A stretch of DNA of 64,000 bases from Paramoeba atlantica (GCA_977017575.1 CDRNVI010000033.1:113516-177515); one strand, 5' to 3'. Shown: positions 29,970 to 40,252, counted from the first letter of the stretch. The notes: a model not told the origin generated them from the sequence alone. Numbers and translations: made by a program.

Positions 29970-30842
29970 ATGAGCACGGCCCGGGACCACACGGAGGCTG
30001 CGGAACGCAAACTCACCGGATTCTTCTCCTATTTCAACGGCGCCAAATACGACCAGGCCGCGACGCTGTTCCACCGCGCGGCGGTCCTCCACAAATCCGA
30101 GGGCCAGTGGGCGGAGGCCGGGGAGACGTTTCGCCGCGCCGCGGCATGTACCAAAGAGGCGGATGACAACTACACCACCGCACAGTATTACACCGAGGCG
30201 GGTGGCTGTTTTCTACGTGCGGGGGCCACTACTCGAGTCCCCGAGCTGTGGAACTGTGCCATCGAGATCCATATTTACCACAACCGGTTTGTGTTGGCGG
30301 CAAAACTAGAGGCTGACCTTGCGGGGATGTTTCATGAGGCTCATGACTACGAAGAGGCGGTGCGACATTATGAGAGAGCACTGCGGTTTTATGCAGCAGA
30401 GAGTGGGGGGAGGAGTGCGGGGGGGAAGATACGACAGCGGTTGGCGACGCTGCATCGCGAGCATGGGGCATATCGACCTGCGGTTGCGGTGTTGGAGGAG
30501 ATGGGAAAGGAGGCGATGGGGGGAACGTTTCGTCTGGCCGCAAGGGAGCATTTTTTTCATGCTCTATTGTGTCATTTTCCGTTGTTGACAAAGGAAAATA
30601 TGGCCGAGACGCTGGCGGAAATTGGTGAGAAAGTGGAGTGCTACAGTGCACAGGATAATACGCTGCGTGGCTCCCGAGAAGCGGAATTAATTACGTCCGT
30701 GTGTTCAGGTATTGAAATTTCTGATGCGGAGGCAGTGCGTGCGGCAGTACAGAAATACAACGAATTTAAGCCACTGGAAGATGAAAAAATCAATTTGCTT
30801 TTCTGTGTTCTTGAATTACTTGAAAATGATGATGAACGATGA
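29970..30842 (+). CDS. SEC17: Alpha-SNAP (Sec17) vesicle fusion protein
   Basis: AERKLTGFFS, KYDQAATLFHRA, AVRHYERA, LRGSREAELI motifs; ATG 29970 gives ~290 aa, typical for SNAP. Confidence 0.88.
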   Translation: MSTARDHTEAAERKLTGFFSYFNGAKYDQAATLFHRAAVLHKSEGQWAEAGETFRRAAACTKEADDNYTTAQYYTEAGGCFLRAGATTRVPELWNCAIEIHIYHNRFVLAAKLEADLAGMFHEAHDYEEAVRHYERALRFYAAESGGRSAGGKIRQRLATLHREHGAYRPAVAVLEEMGKEAMGGTFRLAAREHFFHALLCHFPLLTKENMAETLAEIGEKVECYSAQDNTLRGSREAELITSVCSGIEISDAEAVRAAVQKYNEFKPLEDEKINLLFCVLELLENDDER

Positions 30843-31106
30843 GTGCATATTTTGAGGAATTGTTTCGGTGAGTTAAAGTTTTTTGACTACATGGAACAAC
30901 TCGTTAAATAGTTAGATTTTACTCACAAGCATGTACACAGATGTTTGAGATGCTCATCAGTCAGCTACTTTTGGGGGTACATTTTTTACTCATACAAAGA
31001 GGGACTTTGGAACGTCTTTTTCTGTTTTACGTTAATAACTCTACTTTTTTTCTTACATGCTTAAACGCTTGGTATCGCTTCACAAAATTTGTACTGTCTT
31101 GCTACA

Positions 31107-31844
31107 ATGGTTCATCTAAAGCCAGAAAGCAGTAGCAGCGTAGCTAGAAAAAGGCGTGTGCCGCGCTCGGCGAAGGGGTTTGGTCATAATTGGGCACAGC
31201 TTCCTACCCCATGTGCGGAGACCTTCTCGAATGACACCTCGAATACGACAACCTTGTCTCACACGTCCTCAGTCCTGATGGAAGTGAACAATAGAATGGA
31301 TACGGTGCCACTTCCTGGGCCAGTGGCGAGACAGTGGAAGTCTCGTGTGGAAACGTACACCCATCACGTCCAAATTTCTCACAATATCTTACCCCTATTG
31401 TTGCAACCATTGGATCTTATGGATAGCATGGGTCGCGCGACCTATGAAGGGATCTCCGGCGTTCCAACCCAAGAAACGTCATGCATGAAGCCTGGTAGGG
31501 TAATAAAAATGTACGGGCAATATCTCCCGGATGGACAAGGATTGCATGATTTTGAGTGGATGGACCACGATGCTATCGTACCACCTGAAGAAATGGATTT
31601 TGAAGCTCTTCACCGAGCGCGTGCGCTGCTAGAAGAAAATGACAAGGATATAGACCAATATTTTTCGTGGAAGTCACGAATCAATGAAACGGATAAAAAG
31701 GCATTACATTATCTGATCGAACAATGGGAACAAAGATTTAAACAGAAGCCCCCGTTAACGGATCACAAGCACACTGAAAAGGGTGATATTAGTGAACCTT
31801 TGAAGAAAAAAATACGGACTTTCACAAAAAAATATGTTCGATAG
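31107..31844 (+). CDS. Hypothetical protein with NLS-like motifs
   Basis: First ATG 31107; RKRR and PLKKKIR basic clusters. Confidence 0.55.
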   Translation: MVHLKPESSSSVARKRRVPRSAKGFGHNWAQLPTPCAETFSNDTSNTTTLSHTSSVLMEVNNRMDTVPLPGPVARQWKSRVETYTHHVQISHNILPLLLQPLDLMDSMGRATYEGISGVPTQETSCMKPGRVIKMYGQYLPDGQGLHDFEWMDHDAIVPPEEMDFEALHRARALLEENDKDIDQYFSWKSRINETDKKALHYLIEQWEQRFKQKPPLTDHKHTEKGDISEPLKKKIRTFTKKYVR

Positions 31845-31967
31845 CACGAGTACGCAGACCAATAAAACTGCGGGAAAGAGCCCTATAAGCAGTAGTAGTA
31901 AAGACAAATTTGCTGCTACAAAAGACATTGGTAAATTAGTATAGCGAAGTATGTGTACCTGTGTATT

Positions 31968-31989
31968 GCGGTGGTTATATAACTACCGC
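31968..31989 (+). repeat. Short-form asymmetric palindrome repeat (copy 3)
   Basis: gcggtggtt-atat-aactaccgc; flanks homologous to about 18820-18868 on the - strand. Confidence 0.75.
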
Positions 31990-32257
31990 TCTACCCTCGA
32001 TTAAAGAAAAAAAAGTGAGCAAAAACAGTGAAAATATAAAGAGGAACACAGTAATACAGCGGTTTCAAGATATCTTCCCCCGCGGAAATTTGATTTTTTT
32101 ATCCGCTTTTGCCTATTTTTGCAGCATTCGATAGATCTCGTTCTTCTGGTGAAGGGCTTTGCCGCCTTTTTTTAGTGTAGGTACCCCCTGGGTTCAAAAA
32201 ACATGGTTTTTTAGGATATTTTTCTGGAACACATCCATTTTTTTACCTTTTTTCATC

Positions 32258-32929
32258 ATGAAAACAAGACCAAGCATCCCCAAGCGAGGTGAATATGCTG
32301 AGGGATGGAGCAACAAAAAAGAAGACAACCCCCCCTATCAGATAAATCTACTTGCTCTGTCCCCCTGTCTCAGAGAGTGTAAATAATTAAACAATGCAAA
32401 AACGGCATGTCCATTAACAAATTAGCGTCAACTTTTGGGCGTGACCGCCGTGCAGTACGAAAATTTATCAACTTGTGGAAAAAAAAAAGGTATGGGAAGG
32501 GGGTGATGGCTTGGTTGGGGATAAGTGTGGATCATGGGCTCTTTTTGCATGTTTTTGAGCCCAACATTGGGTGCACATACGAGAATGCACACAAGGTCAC
32601 TGGGAAAGTGATTCTTCAGTCATTCGAGAAACCAAACGGTTTCATCGGGTACCTTGTGGGACACGTGTCCAATGTTACATTACAAATGTTGGACTGCCCT
32701 CCCAATTCCCCCGACCTTAACCACGTAGAGAATGTTTGGCATCAAACGAATAAAATTGTGCCTAACAAATTCAAGCCTCACAACCACGAATCTCTTATAG
32801 AGGCCATAAAAAAAGCTTTTAATACCTTAAAAAGATCCCCCCTTAAACAAAAGGTTCTGAACTCAATTAATTCGGTTCCAAAGACTCAGAAAAATACTAC
32901 AAAAAGGTGGAGGGCACTCTGGGTACTAA
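32258..32929 (+). pseudogene. Tc1-like transposase pseudogene
   Basis: MKTRPSIPKR, IIKQCKNGMSINKL..RDRRAVRKFINL, GKGVMAWLGIS, PPNSPDLNHVENVW and GGHSGY* match the intact copy; TAA at 32380, frameshifts, two large internal deletions. Confidence 0.9.
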
Positions 32930-32933
32930 TATA

Positions 32934-33112
32934 CTGTCCCCCCTCCCCTTAAGCGCACCCGGTCAGCCCCCCGTTTAAGCGCATATAGAGTTGAGGTGCG
33001 GACTCCGGCGCCGCGAAGCGGCGCCAAATTTTTTTTTATGTACTGATTCAGACCTCCCCGTTTAAACGCACTTTTCACGGAAAACGAGGTGCGCTTAAAC
33101 GGGGGGGGACAG
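32934..33112. mobile_element. 179-bp MITE nested just after the transposase stop codon
   Basis: TA at 32932-33 and 33113-14; imperfect TIRs ctgtcccc...ttaagcgcacc / ggtgcgcttaa...ggggacag; internal ccccgtttaa(g/a)cgca repeats. Confidence 0.8.
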
Positions 33113-33849
33113 TACAACTTTTAAATTCGTTTTTTCCTCCATTTTACTGTTTTTTTCCAAGGTTCATATTTACCAATAATCTTGTTTTGGCCGTTTTTCG
33201 GGTCACCATATGAGCACCAGGGTGTGCGTATGGAAAAAAAGGCAGAAAGGCTCTTCACTAGGGAACGAGATCTCTCGTTTGCAACAAAAATGAGCAAAAA
33301 CGGATAAAAAAATCAAATTTCCACGTGGGGGAAGTTCAATTGAAACTACTGTATACTATAGAAGAAAAAAATATTAAAGGGGCCCCCGTGGTCCAAAACT
33401 GAAAAAAAAAAAAAAAAAAACAATGGGAGGTCTAGGGGGTTCCAGGGGGGGCATACGTCACGTTTTTTGTCGAATTTTTTGCTTTTCAAAATCGAGCGCA
33501 GGGAAGTGTTAGAGTATGCCGCGGCGATGATTTTCCACCTCGGGTGACCCCCCCTGGTACGCGCAGGAGGGGCCCGACAAATTTGAAAATTCCGAAATCT
33601 TTGGCATGACCAAAAAGAAAATGACGAAAAAGTAAAAACATTATTTTTCCAAAATCGGCTCATAAAACGTATTTTAAGAGTTTGGACCTCAGCTACAATT
33701 CTACGACGTTTTTTTCGTCAGATTCGCCACCTACCCCTACTGGTAAGGCATCAAAAACAGCCCAAATTTGGGGTAGAATTTCGCAATTTTCGCAAAAAAT
33801 CGAGCTTTTTCACTCCAAAGGATCATTTATGATCTTTCGGCAATTTTCC

Positions 33850-33958
33850 TTTTTTAGTGGCTTCATTAAACGCGGAGGTAGTTTTCAACGCGAGGCGCGC
33901 AGCATGAGTGACTTCTAAGTTGAAAACAACCACTGCGTTTAAGGAAGCCACTAAAAAA
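33850..33958 (-). repeat. Long-form asymmetric palindrome repeat (copy 4), 40-bp arms
   Basis: 33850-33889 versus reverse complement of 33919-33958: 36/40 identity; 29-nt loop homologous to the loop at 12245-12273. Confidence 0.85.
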
Positions 33959-33986
33959 GATTAATAGATTATCAAGATTTCTTCTT

Positions 33987-36494
33987 ATGGGAGGTACGAA
34001 GAAATGTACTAAGTTTATGCATTTAAAGACGAAGTCCAGAAGATCGGGAGAGTGGTTCATGCTAGGTGGGCACTTTGTTCGTAGCATCTTACTTTGCAGG
34101 CTTTCTTGGAGGAAAAATCTCTCTGAGTATGAGGTTGCGATGTGTCCATGGAGTGGCCCGATCGCGCTAATCCCAATGTCACTTTTCCATTCAGATCACA
34201 AAACATCTAGTGAGATAGAGGTATATTCGTGTAGCGGAAAAAGATTGGGATCGATTCAATATCGCCTGTCCTCCGCTTTGCTTTCTTGTTTTTGGGTCGG
34301 TGCAGAAAGATTGTGCTTATTGGCTCAGGAAGGAATTGTGGAAATCTATTCAGCTCTTGGGGCACTTTCGGTCTCTCTTGATGTGTGCGGCTCCACCGTT
34401 ATTCATTGGAACTTTTCTCGAACCAATATTGCACTCATAACTCAAGATCCGCGTCTTGTTCTTGTATTGCTAACCGAAGATGGAGAAAACATAGGAGCTG
34501 TGCACAACTTAACACTACATTTCGCACCATATTGTGTAGCAGTGCGCGGTAACACTGCTCTACCTTACTCGGTGGAACATTCATTTACTTGTGAGGTTCT
34601 ACTGGCAGGTACATTTAACGAATCACCTGGGTTGTATAGCGCTTGTCTCTCCCTGAATCATCTATCGCTTCGGACCGTCTCATTCTTTTTAAACGACGAA
34701 ATATCATGTCTCTCCTTTTCACCGAATGGTCGTCGTGTGATAATTTGTGAGGGCTCCACAGTAATCCACGTGGTTTCATCTCAATTAAACAAATACTACG
34801 TTCGAGCTACACTTCCAACGGGCATGGAAAAGATCGAATGGGCAACACATCTAGTGTGGTGTGGCAGCGACATGATTGGTTTGTGCTCACCTTTGGGGGG
34901 GCAGATCCTAGTGATGAGTATCAAAGGCCACTCTGAAGACAGAAATCCTTGGCATTGTACAATTTCTTTCTCTCATATTGGGTCCCCATTTAATCATGCG
35001 AATCGTAGGCGCAGTGCAACATTATTACCGGAACAAGATGGACTCCGCATACTGGACGAAGACACTACATACTTTATTCAGCGTGTCCCTTCTTCTGTTG
35101 AACGAGCGTATTGGGTTTCCTCCCACAATGCCCTCGCTCATTTATTGGCGATAGCAAGTACGTCCGATACTTTAGATAATACTCAAAATCGAGATTTGCT
35201 ACTAAAGTTCCGGTCTACATCATCTGTAGAAATGGTGGAAGCTATTCAATCTCTTCTCAACGTAGCTCTGTATGAGGTAGAAAAGGAACTTCGATTTCAA
35301 GCACTTGCAGCTGCGAAAGTTGGAATAGGTCAACAAAGAAGCCCAAATCAATTCGATGCAAAATATGACTTTGCACGCAGCGTAGTGCAATTTCTTATAT
35401 TACTTCAGAACAGTGGTATATTCGTTACTTACACAGAGTTAAAATCGGTCGGCATACAGTACTTCCTTCGCTGCCTTGCGAGGCGAGAAGAGGTTTCTAG
35501 GTCTTACCAATTAGCTAAACTTGTTGGATGTGATTCTACGGAAGTTGTAATATTTTGGGCTTGCTCGAGGTCTTATTCTGATGACCAAATTAGCACGATC
35601 GTAGAGCATCACATTAGTCACAATACGATTGATTCACAATATGATTGTGATCTTGCGGAACTGTTTTACGGACAGGGAAAAATTTCTTTGTCTCATAAAT
35701 ATCTTGTTTTGAACCCTTCACTTCGATCCCAAGCTTTGCATTTCATGAAATGGAAGGAATACGCATCGGCACTTCAAATTAGTACTGAATTGCGTGATGA
35801 ATATTTGTTAGCTGAAACCATTAGAAGAATGAGACGAGAATATGCCGATGATTTACGAGTTCTTCGAGAACTCGCGAAATCTCCTGTGGCTTTTGATTTG
35901 TTTCGTATAATGCTCGAAGATACTAGCCCTGCGATTGTCTCCGAATATTACGCGACAGTTGAACAAGCAGATATGAGCGCCTACTTAACTTTGGACCGTA
36001 TCAGTCGAAAAATTGTAAGTCGCACTCATGCGCTGAAAGAAAAGAGCGATGAGTTTTGGAAGGAAGTGTTAAAAGTATCACAAGTTGTCATTGGATGTTT
36101 ACGTGGACACGGCAGTGCTACTTCCATAAAGAATGCTCAATATATATGTTTGTATTTCTACTTACTAGAAATGCAACACAAAATTAAAACGTCTAAGACA
36201 GATAATAATTTTGTGGGATTCTCTCTCTTCCAGACCGTGGAATTTTGTATTGAGCACGACATGAAGCAAGAACTGGAAGCTCTTTCGAGTTCATTTGAGA
36301 TTTCAGATCGCGAAATGATGTGGTGCCGGTTGCGTACCTATGAGAAGCAGAAACGTTGGGAAATGTTTGATATTCTTTCCCAGATTAATGTTCCCAATTC
36401 AATTTGTCCTTGCATCGGTTATCGTCCGTTCTACGATATCCTGAATGATCATAAGAAGTTTCATCAAGCTCAGTTTTATAAAAAACTGCTGTAA
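33987..36494 (+). CDS. VPS16: Vacuolar protein sorting 16 (HOPS/CORVET subunit)
   Basis: LSEYEVAMCPWSGPIAL, IEVYSCSGKRLGSI, EQDGLRI resemble Vps16 N-terminal motifs; 835 aa is a typical length; start may be ATG 34056. Confidence 0.75.
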   Translation: MGGTKKCTKFMHLKTKSRRSGEWFMLGGHFVRSILLCRLSWRKNLSEYEVAMCPWSGPIALIPMSLFHSDHKTSSEIEVYSCSGKRLGSIQYRLSSALLSCFWVGAERLCLLAQEGIVEIYSALGALSVSLDVCGSTVIHWNFSRTNIALITQDPRLVLVLLTEDGENIGAVHNLTLHFAPYCVAVRGNTALPYSVEHSFTCEVLLAGTFNESPGLYSACLSLNHLSLRTVSFFLNDEISCLSFSPNGRRVIICEGSTVIHVVSSQLNKYYVRATLPTGMEKIEWATHLVWCGSDMIGLCSPLGGQILVMSIKGHSEDRNPWHCTISFSHIGSPFNHANRRRSATLLPEQDGLRILDEDTTYFIQRVPSSVERAYWVSSHNALAHLLAIASTSDTLDNTQNRDLLLKFRSTSSVEMVEAIQSLLNVALYEVEKELRFQALAAAKVGIGQQRSPNQFDAKYDFARSVVQFLILLQNSGIFVTYTELKSVGIQYFLRCLARREEVSRSYQLAKLVGCDSTEVVIFWACSRSYSDDQISTIVEHHISHNTIDSQYDCDLAELFYGQGKISLSHKYLVLNPSLRSQALHFMKWKEYASALQISTELRDEYLLAETIRRMRREYADDLRVLRELAKSPVAFDLFRIMLEDTSPAIVSEYYATVEQADMSAYLTLDRISRKIVSRTHALKEKSDEFWKEVLKVSQVVIGCLRGHGSATSIKNAQYICLYFYLLEMQHKIKTSKTDNNFVGFSLFQTVEFCIEHDMKQELEALSSSFEISDREMMWCRLRTYEKQKRWEMFDILSQINVPNSICPCIGYRPFYDILNDHKKFHQAQFYKKLL

Positions 36495-36722
36495 AGTTTG
36501 GTATAAGTTTGGTATAAATCTAAAATAATTTTCGTATAAGTTTTAAAAGAAGAAGTGGTCTGTTCCACATGCAGTTTAAGTATTTCAGATGAACATATCG
36601 CTGTTATTATTTTGTTTCGCACTTGGAAAAGTCTTCCAATATTTATCGGATGTAAGCAAGATTAATATTAGGCTAACTTGTATATTCTTGGTGTCAGTAA
36701 TAATTGATAAGTCTTGTTTTCA

Positions 36723-37061
36723 ATGATTCGCGTTACCTTGGCATTGGGGAATGTATCTCGCTCCAATATCAGTATTCGTTTTCGTTACGGTTCGGGACGA
36801 CAACGCGTATCTTCGACGCATTCAGATACGACGTCTGCTGAATTAGCCGAAATACACACCGGAATAACACGAAACCATGATCAGAAATCTACCACGAAAT
36901 CTTCGTCGTCGGGCAACGCCCGGGCAAATCATAGCTATTCTATCACGACATCTTTGTATCGAGATTTTTCACCGGACGAAATGGCGGCTGTGAATTCAGG
37001 CGGAGCAACCTCACTGGCGGGTTTTGTTAATGCTGCAAAAAACTTGCGCAAGCGAACATGA
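36723..37061 (+). CDS. Small hypothetical protein with basic, presequence-like N-terminus
   Basis: First ATG 36723; Arg/Ser-rich N-terminus. Confidence 0.4.
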   Translation: MIRVTLALGNVSRSNISIRFRYGSGRQRVSSTHSDTTSAELAEIHTGITRNHDQKSTTKSSSSGNARANHSYSITTSLYRDFSPDEMAAVNSGGATSLAGFVNAAKNLRKRT

Positions 37062-37422
37062 TACTGTTTCGTTCGGAAGGTGTTCATCATTCGGAAGATA
37101 TATCAAATCATACAGAACCACTTTGATAAAAAAAATAGTACATGGATTGTTCAGAGGTGTCAAGCAGTATTTTTTGATTTTTGGGTATCAAAAAATAGAC
37201 TTGCGTATCTTTTAGCATTTTTTGCGCATTTGTGTGCATCATCTTTTAAGCTCCCCAACTTTTATGTCTTCACACCGGTATAGACCAGATTAGCGTTGTA
37301 GCATTGTATCTAGTATGTTGAACGTGCTTTACGCTTTCCGAAAGTACGCCCACACAAATTGTACATATTGTAAAGTATTTTTCAAGTGTATATTTTTCAC
37401 GCTACTTTGACATCCTACTCAA

Positions 37423-39108
37423 ATGCAAACGGCACTTGCACCGGCACCCCAACAGAAGGCACAAACGATTCTCGGGATTAATGGAGTTCGTACCACAGGG
37501 GAAGACGTGCGTGAGGAAAATGTTACTGCTGCCCTTGCAGTGGCAAACCTTGTACGCAGCTCATTGGGTCCTGTGGGATTGGACAAGATGTTAGTGGATG
37601 AAGTTGGGGAGGTGACCGTGACGAACGACGGTGCTACGTTGCTACGCAAAATGGAAGTCGAGCACCCTGCAGGTTGCATGCTGGTTGAATTAGCAAAACA
37701 GCAAGATGAGGAAGTGGGAGATGGAACAACGAGCGTCGTGCTTTTAGCAGCTGAACTCTTGCGCAACGCTCAGAGTCTTATTCGTCATCATATACATCCG
37801 ACAAGCATTATAACGGGATACAAGATAGCAATGCGAGAATCCATACGAATCATTACGGAAAAATTATGTACTCCTATCAAAGCTGAAAATAAAGAACTTT
37901 TGTTGAGCATAGCACATACTTCCCTTGCATCTAAAATTTTGGGACATGCTGATCCAAACGTTTTCGCGCACATCGTTGTTGACGCAGTGACATCGGTACG
38001 TACTGTAGATGAGGATACTGGCGACTTGAAGTTTCCCAGAAAGGCCATCGGTATATTAAAACAACATGGCAAGTCTCTGACGGAGAGTACTTTAATTCGT
38101 GGATACGCTCTTAGCGGCAGCCGCGTTTCTCAAGGGATGCCAACTCGAGTGAGTACGGCACGACTAGCCCTTCTTGACTTTGATTTACGTGCCGTGAAAC
38201 TTCGACTTGGCATTTCAGCCACTATTCACGATCCCTCCAAGGCCGAGGATATGCGGCGACGAGAGTTAGATATTACGCGAGAGCGGGTACGAAAGATACT
38301 TGCGTCAGGTGCAAACGTAATCCTAACTTCTTGTGGAATGGAGGACGCAATCCAAAAGATTCTAGTCGACGCCGGGGCCATGGGGCTACGTCGTGTACCC
38401 AAGGAAGACCTGCGACGCATCGCGCGAGTGACAGGAGCAAAAATTTGTACGACAATGTGTGATCTCGAGGGGGGGGAAACATTTAGCTCTAGTGATCTTG
38501 GAACCGCCGCCTCGGTTTCCGAAATACGCTTCGGGGAGGACGAATGTGTGGTGATCGAGGGAACTACTGGGTGTGCTGCAGCTTCCATTCTACTTCGTGG
38601 ATCCTCATCGCTCACACTTGATGAAGGCGAAAGGGCACTGAACGACGCACTTTGTGTAGTGTCGAAGGCGTTAGAAACCGGATCCGTGGTAGCAGGCGGC
38701 GGTGCTGTAGAGGGATATCTCCATGGCTACCTTGAAGCATTCGCTCAAAGTCTCAATTCTCGCGAGCAAATAGCCATCGCTTCTTTTGCGGAAGCACTGT
38801 TGATTATTCCCAAACAACTGGCCTTGAATGCCGCACTTGATGCCCCGGATCTTGTAGCAAAACTTAGAACTCAACATGCCATTGCCTTCGAACCAGTACA
38901 AACTCCATCATCGAAATCTATGCACAGCGGGCTCGATCTCCAGGGAAATTGTTTGCGAAACAATATGCAGGCTGGGGTAGTAGAGCCTCGTGCGTCGAAG
39001 ATAAAAGCCCTTCAGCTCGCTACTGAGGCCGCCGTAACAATTTTGCGCATAGACGATTGTGTGCGTCTGAACCCTCCACCTGAACCCGAGGATCCAAGAC
39101 GAAGATAA
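37423..39108 (+). CDS. TCP1: T-complex protein 1 subunit alpha (CCT1)
   Basis: ANLVRSSLGPVGLDKMLVD, VTNDGATLL, EVGDGTTSVV, VVAGGGAVE, TEAAVTILRIDD. Confidence 0.96.
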   Translation: MQTALAPAPQQKAQTILGINGVRTTGEDVREENVTAALAVANLVRSSLGPVGLDKMLVDEVGEVTVTNDGATLLRKMEVEHPAGCMLVELAKQQDEEVGDGTTSVVLLAAELLRNAQSLIRHHIHPTSIITGYKIAMRESIRIITEKLCTPIKAENKELLLSIAHTSLASKILGHADPNVFAHIVVDAVTSVRTVDEDTGDLKFPRKAIGILKQHGKSLTESTLIRGYALSGSRVSQGMPTRVSTARLALLDFDLRAVKLRLGISATIHDPSKAEDMRRRELDITRERVRKILASGANVILTSCGMEDAIQKILVDAGAMGLRRVPKEDLRRIARVTGAKICTTMCDLEGGETFSSSDLGTAASVSEIRFGEDECVVIEGTTGCAAASILLRGSSSLTLDEGERALNDALCVVSKALETGSVVAGGGAVEGYLHGYLEAFAQSLNSREQIAIASFAEALLIIPKQLALNAALDAPDLVAKLRTQHAIAFEPVQTPSSKSMHSGLDLQGNCLRNNMQAGVVEPRASKIKALQLATEAAVTILRIDDCVRLNPPPEPEDPRRR

Positions 39109-39535
39109 ACTCCAATTCTGAGCAACTGGGCATTATTGCTAATAAGACAACTTACAACATGAGACCAGACCTACTATAGAAATTTACCTCCATACTCAAA
39201 GATCACACGTAGCAACAAATAAAAAGCAAGCCACCCGATCAAAAGAATGCAAAGAATTCTCTTTCAAAAAAATCGAATACTCAAGTTCATTCATTTACCT
39301 TACTATTTCACCGATAAATCATTTTTTAAATGCCTACATGCACTCGGCATAGATTCCTTTCATTTATAACACCTTTTCAGGATAATTCAGTAACAAATCT
39401 ATAAATCGGAGAAATCAATCGAACGACTGGCGTTGCAACAATACAAACATCAAACAGTGATTAACAAACAGCAATCCAACAACTCATTTATCGTACAATG
39501 TATTCTGTAAATTCGTATTCCTTTTTTCTATAACC

Positions 39536-39925
39536 ATGGCTACCCCGAAGAGCAGCAAGAAGGCGAAGAGCAGCCAGAAGAGCCGTGGCGCGAAGACGGG
39601 TCTGATCTTTCCCGTGGGCCGCATCGGCTCCATGCTCCGCCGTGGACGCTACACCAAGCGTGTGGCCTCCGCCGCCCCGGTGTACCTCGCCGCTGTGTTG
39701 GAGTACCTCACTGCCGAGCTTCTCGAGCTCTCCGGTAAGGTTGCGGGCCAGCACCACAAGAAGCGTATTACCCCTCGTGCCGTCACACTCGCCGTCCGTC
39801 ACGACGAGGAGCTTTCTCAGCTGCTAAGCAACGTCACCTTCACTCAGGGCGGCGTACTTCCCAACCTTCACGACATGCTCAAGAAGAAGAAGGCATCCCG
39901 CAAGGCGAGCAGCCAACAGGTGTAA
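39536..39925 (+). CDS. H2A: Histone H2A (boundary copy, 129 aa)
   Basis: [26 protein letters not shown]; lacks the 3-aa STK insert; unique 5' flank. Confidence 0.97.
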   Translation: MATPKSSKKAKSSQKSRGAKTGLIFPVGRIGSMLRRGRYTKRVASAAPVYLAAVLEYLTAELLELSGKVAGQHHKKRITPRAVTLAVRHDEELSQLLSNVTFTQGGVLPNLHDMLKKKKASRKASSQQV

Positions 39926-40252
39926 GGTGCAATGAGTGCGTTATAATACGTTGTCCCGCGTCACGTCACACAATCGGTACCCTTGTGAGATCCTTCTAGC
40001 ATGGTGCTTCCCTTTCTTATGCACCATCCTAGGCATGTATTGACATGTACCTTGGCTCAGTAGAGCTATATTTTGTGAAGTTTCGGCGGATGCAATCAAC
40101 GACATTGCGCACATCATACTAGGATACTGGTGGAGTATCGCGTGGGTGATACTTACCACGGTTCTCAATACATGTAAAACTTAAACCGTTCATTACGTAA
40201 CCTCAATTCTTCGCCCTTATCCTTCTTTTTCTCCTACTCTACTTTATAACAC

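Larger units (their letters stand above)
32057..33351 (+). mobile_element. Degenerate Tc1-like element (second subfamily), TA-flanked, with nested MITE
   Basis: TA at 32055-56 and 33352-53; TIRs start CAG(C/T)(G/A)GTTTCAA; inner TIR homologous to the 14127 element; decayed transposase. Confidence 0.88.

Noticed and set aside
32289-32341. Possible 53-nt GT...AG cis-intron in the degenerate transposase that would restore frame
   Set aside because: A +2 slip in the C run at 32361-32365 aligns better (ALS-LSQRV versus ALS-ISERT); cis-introns are very rare in kinetoplastids
7839-36520. Short intergenic tandem duplications (16 bp at 7839/7861; 13-bp period near 23732; 11-bp period near 36496) and the (AAC)n run at 1280-1298
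   Set aside because: Ordinary slippage products with two copies each; no spacer structure, so not CRISPR-like
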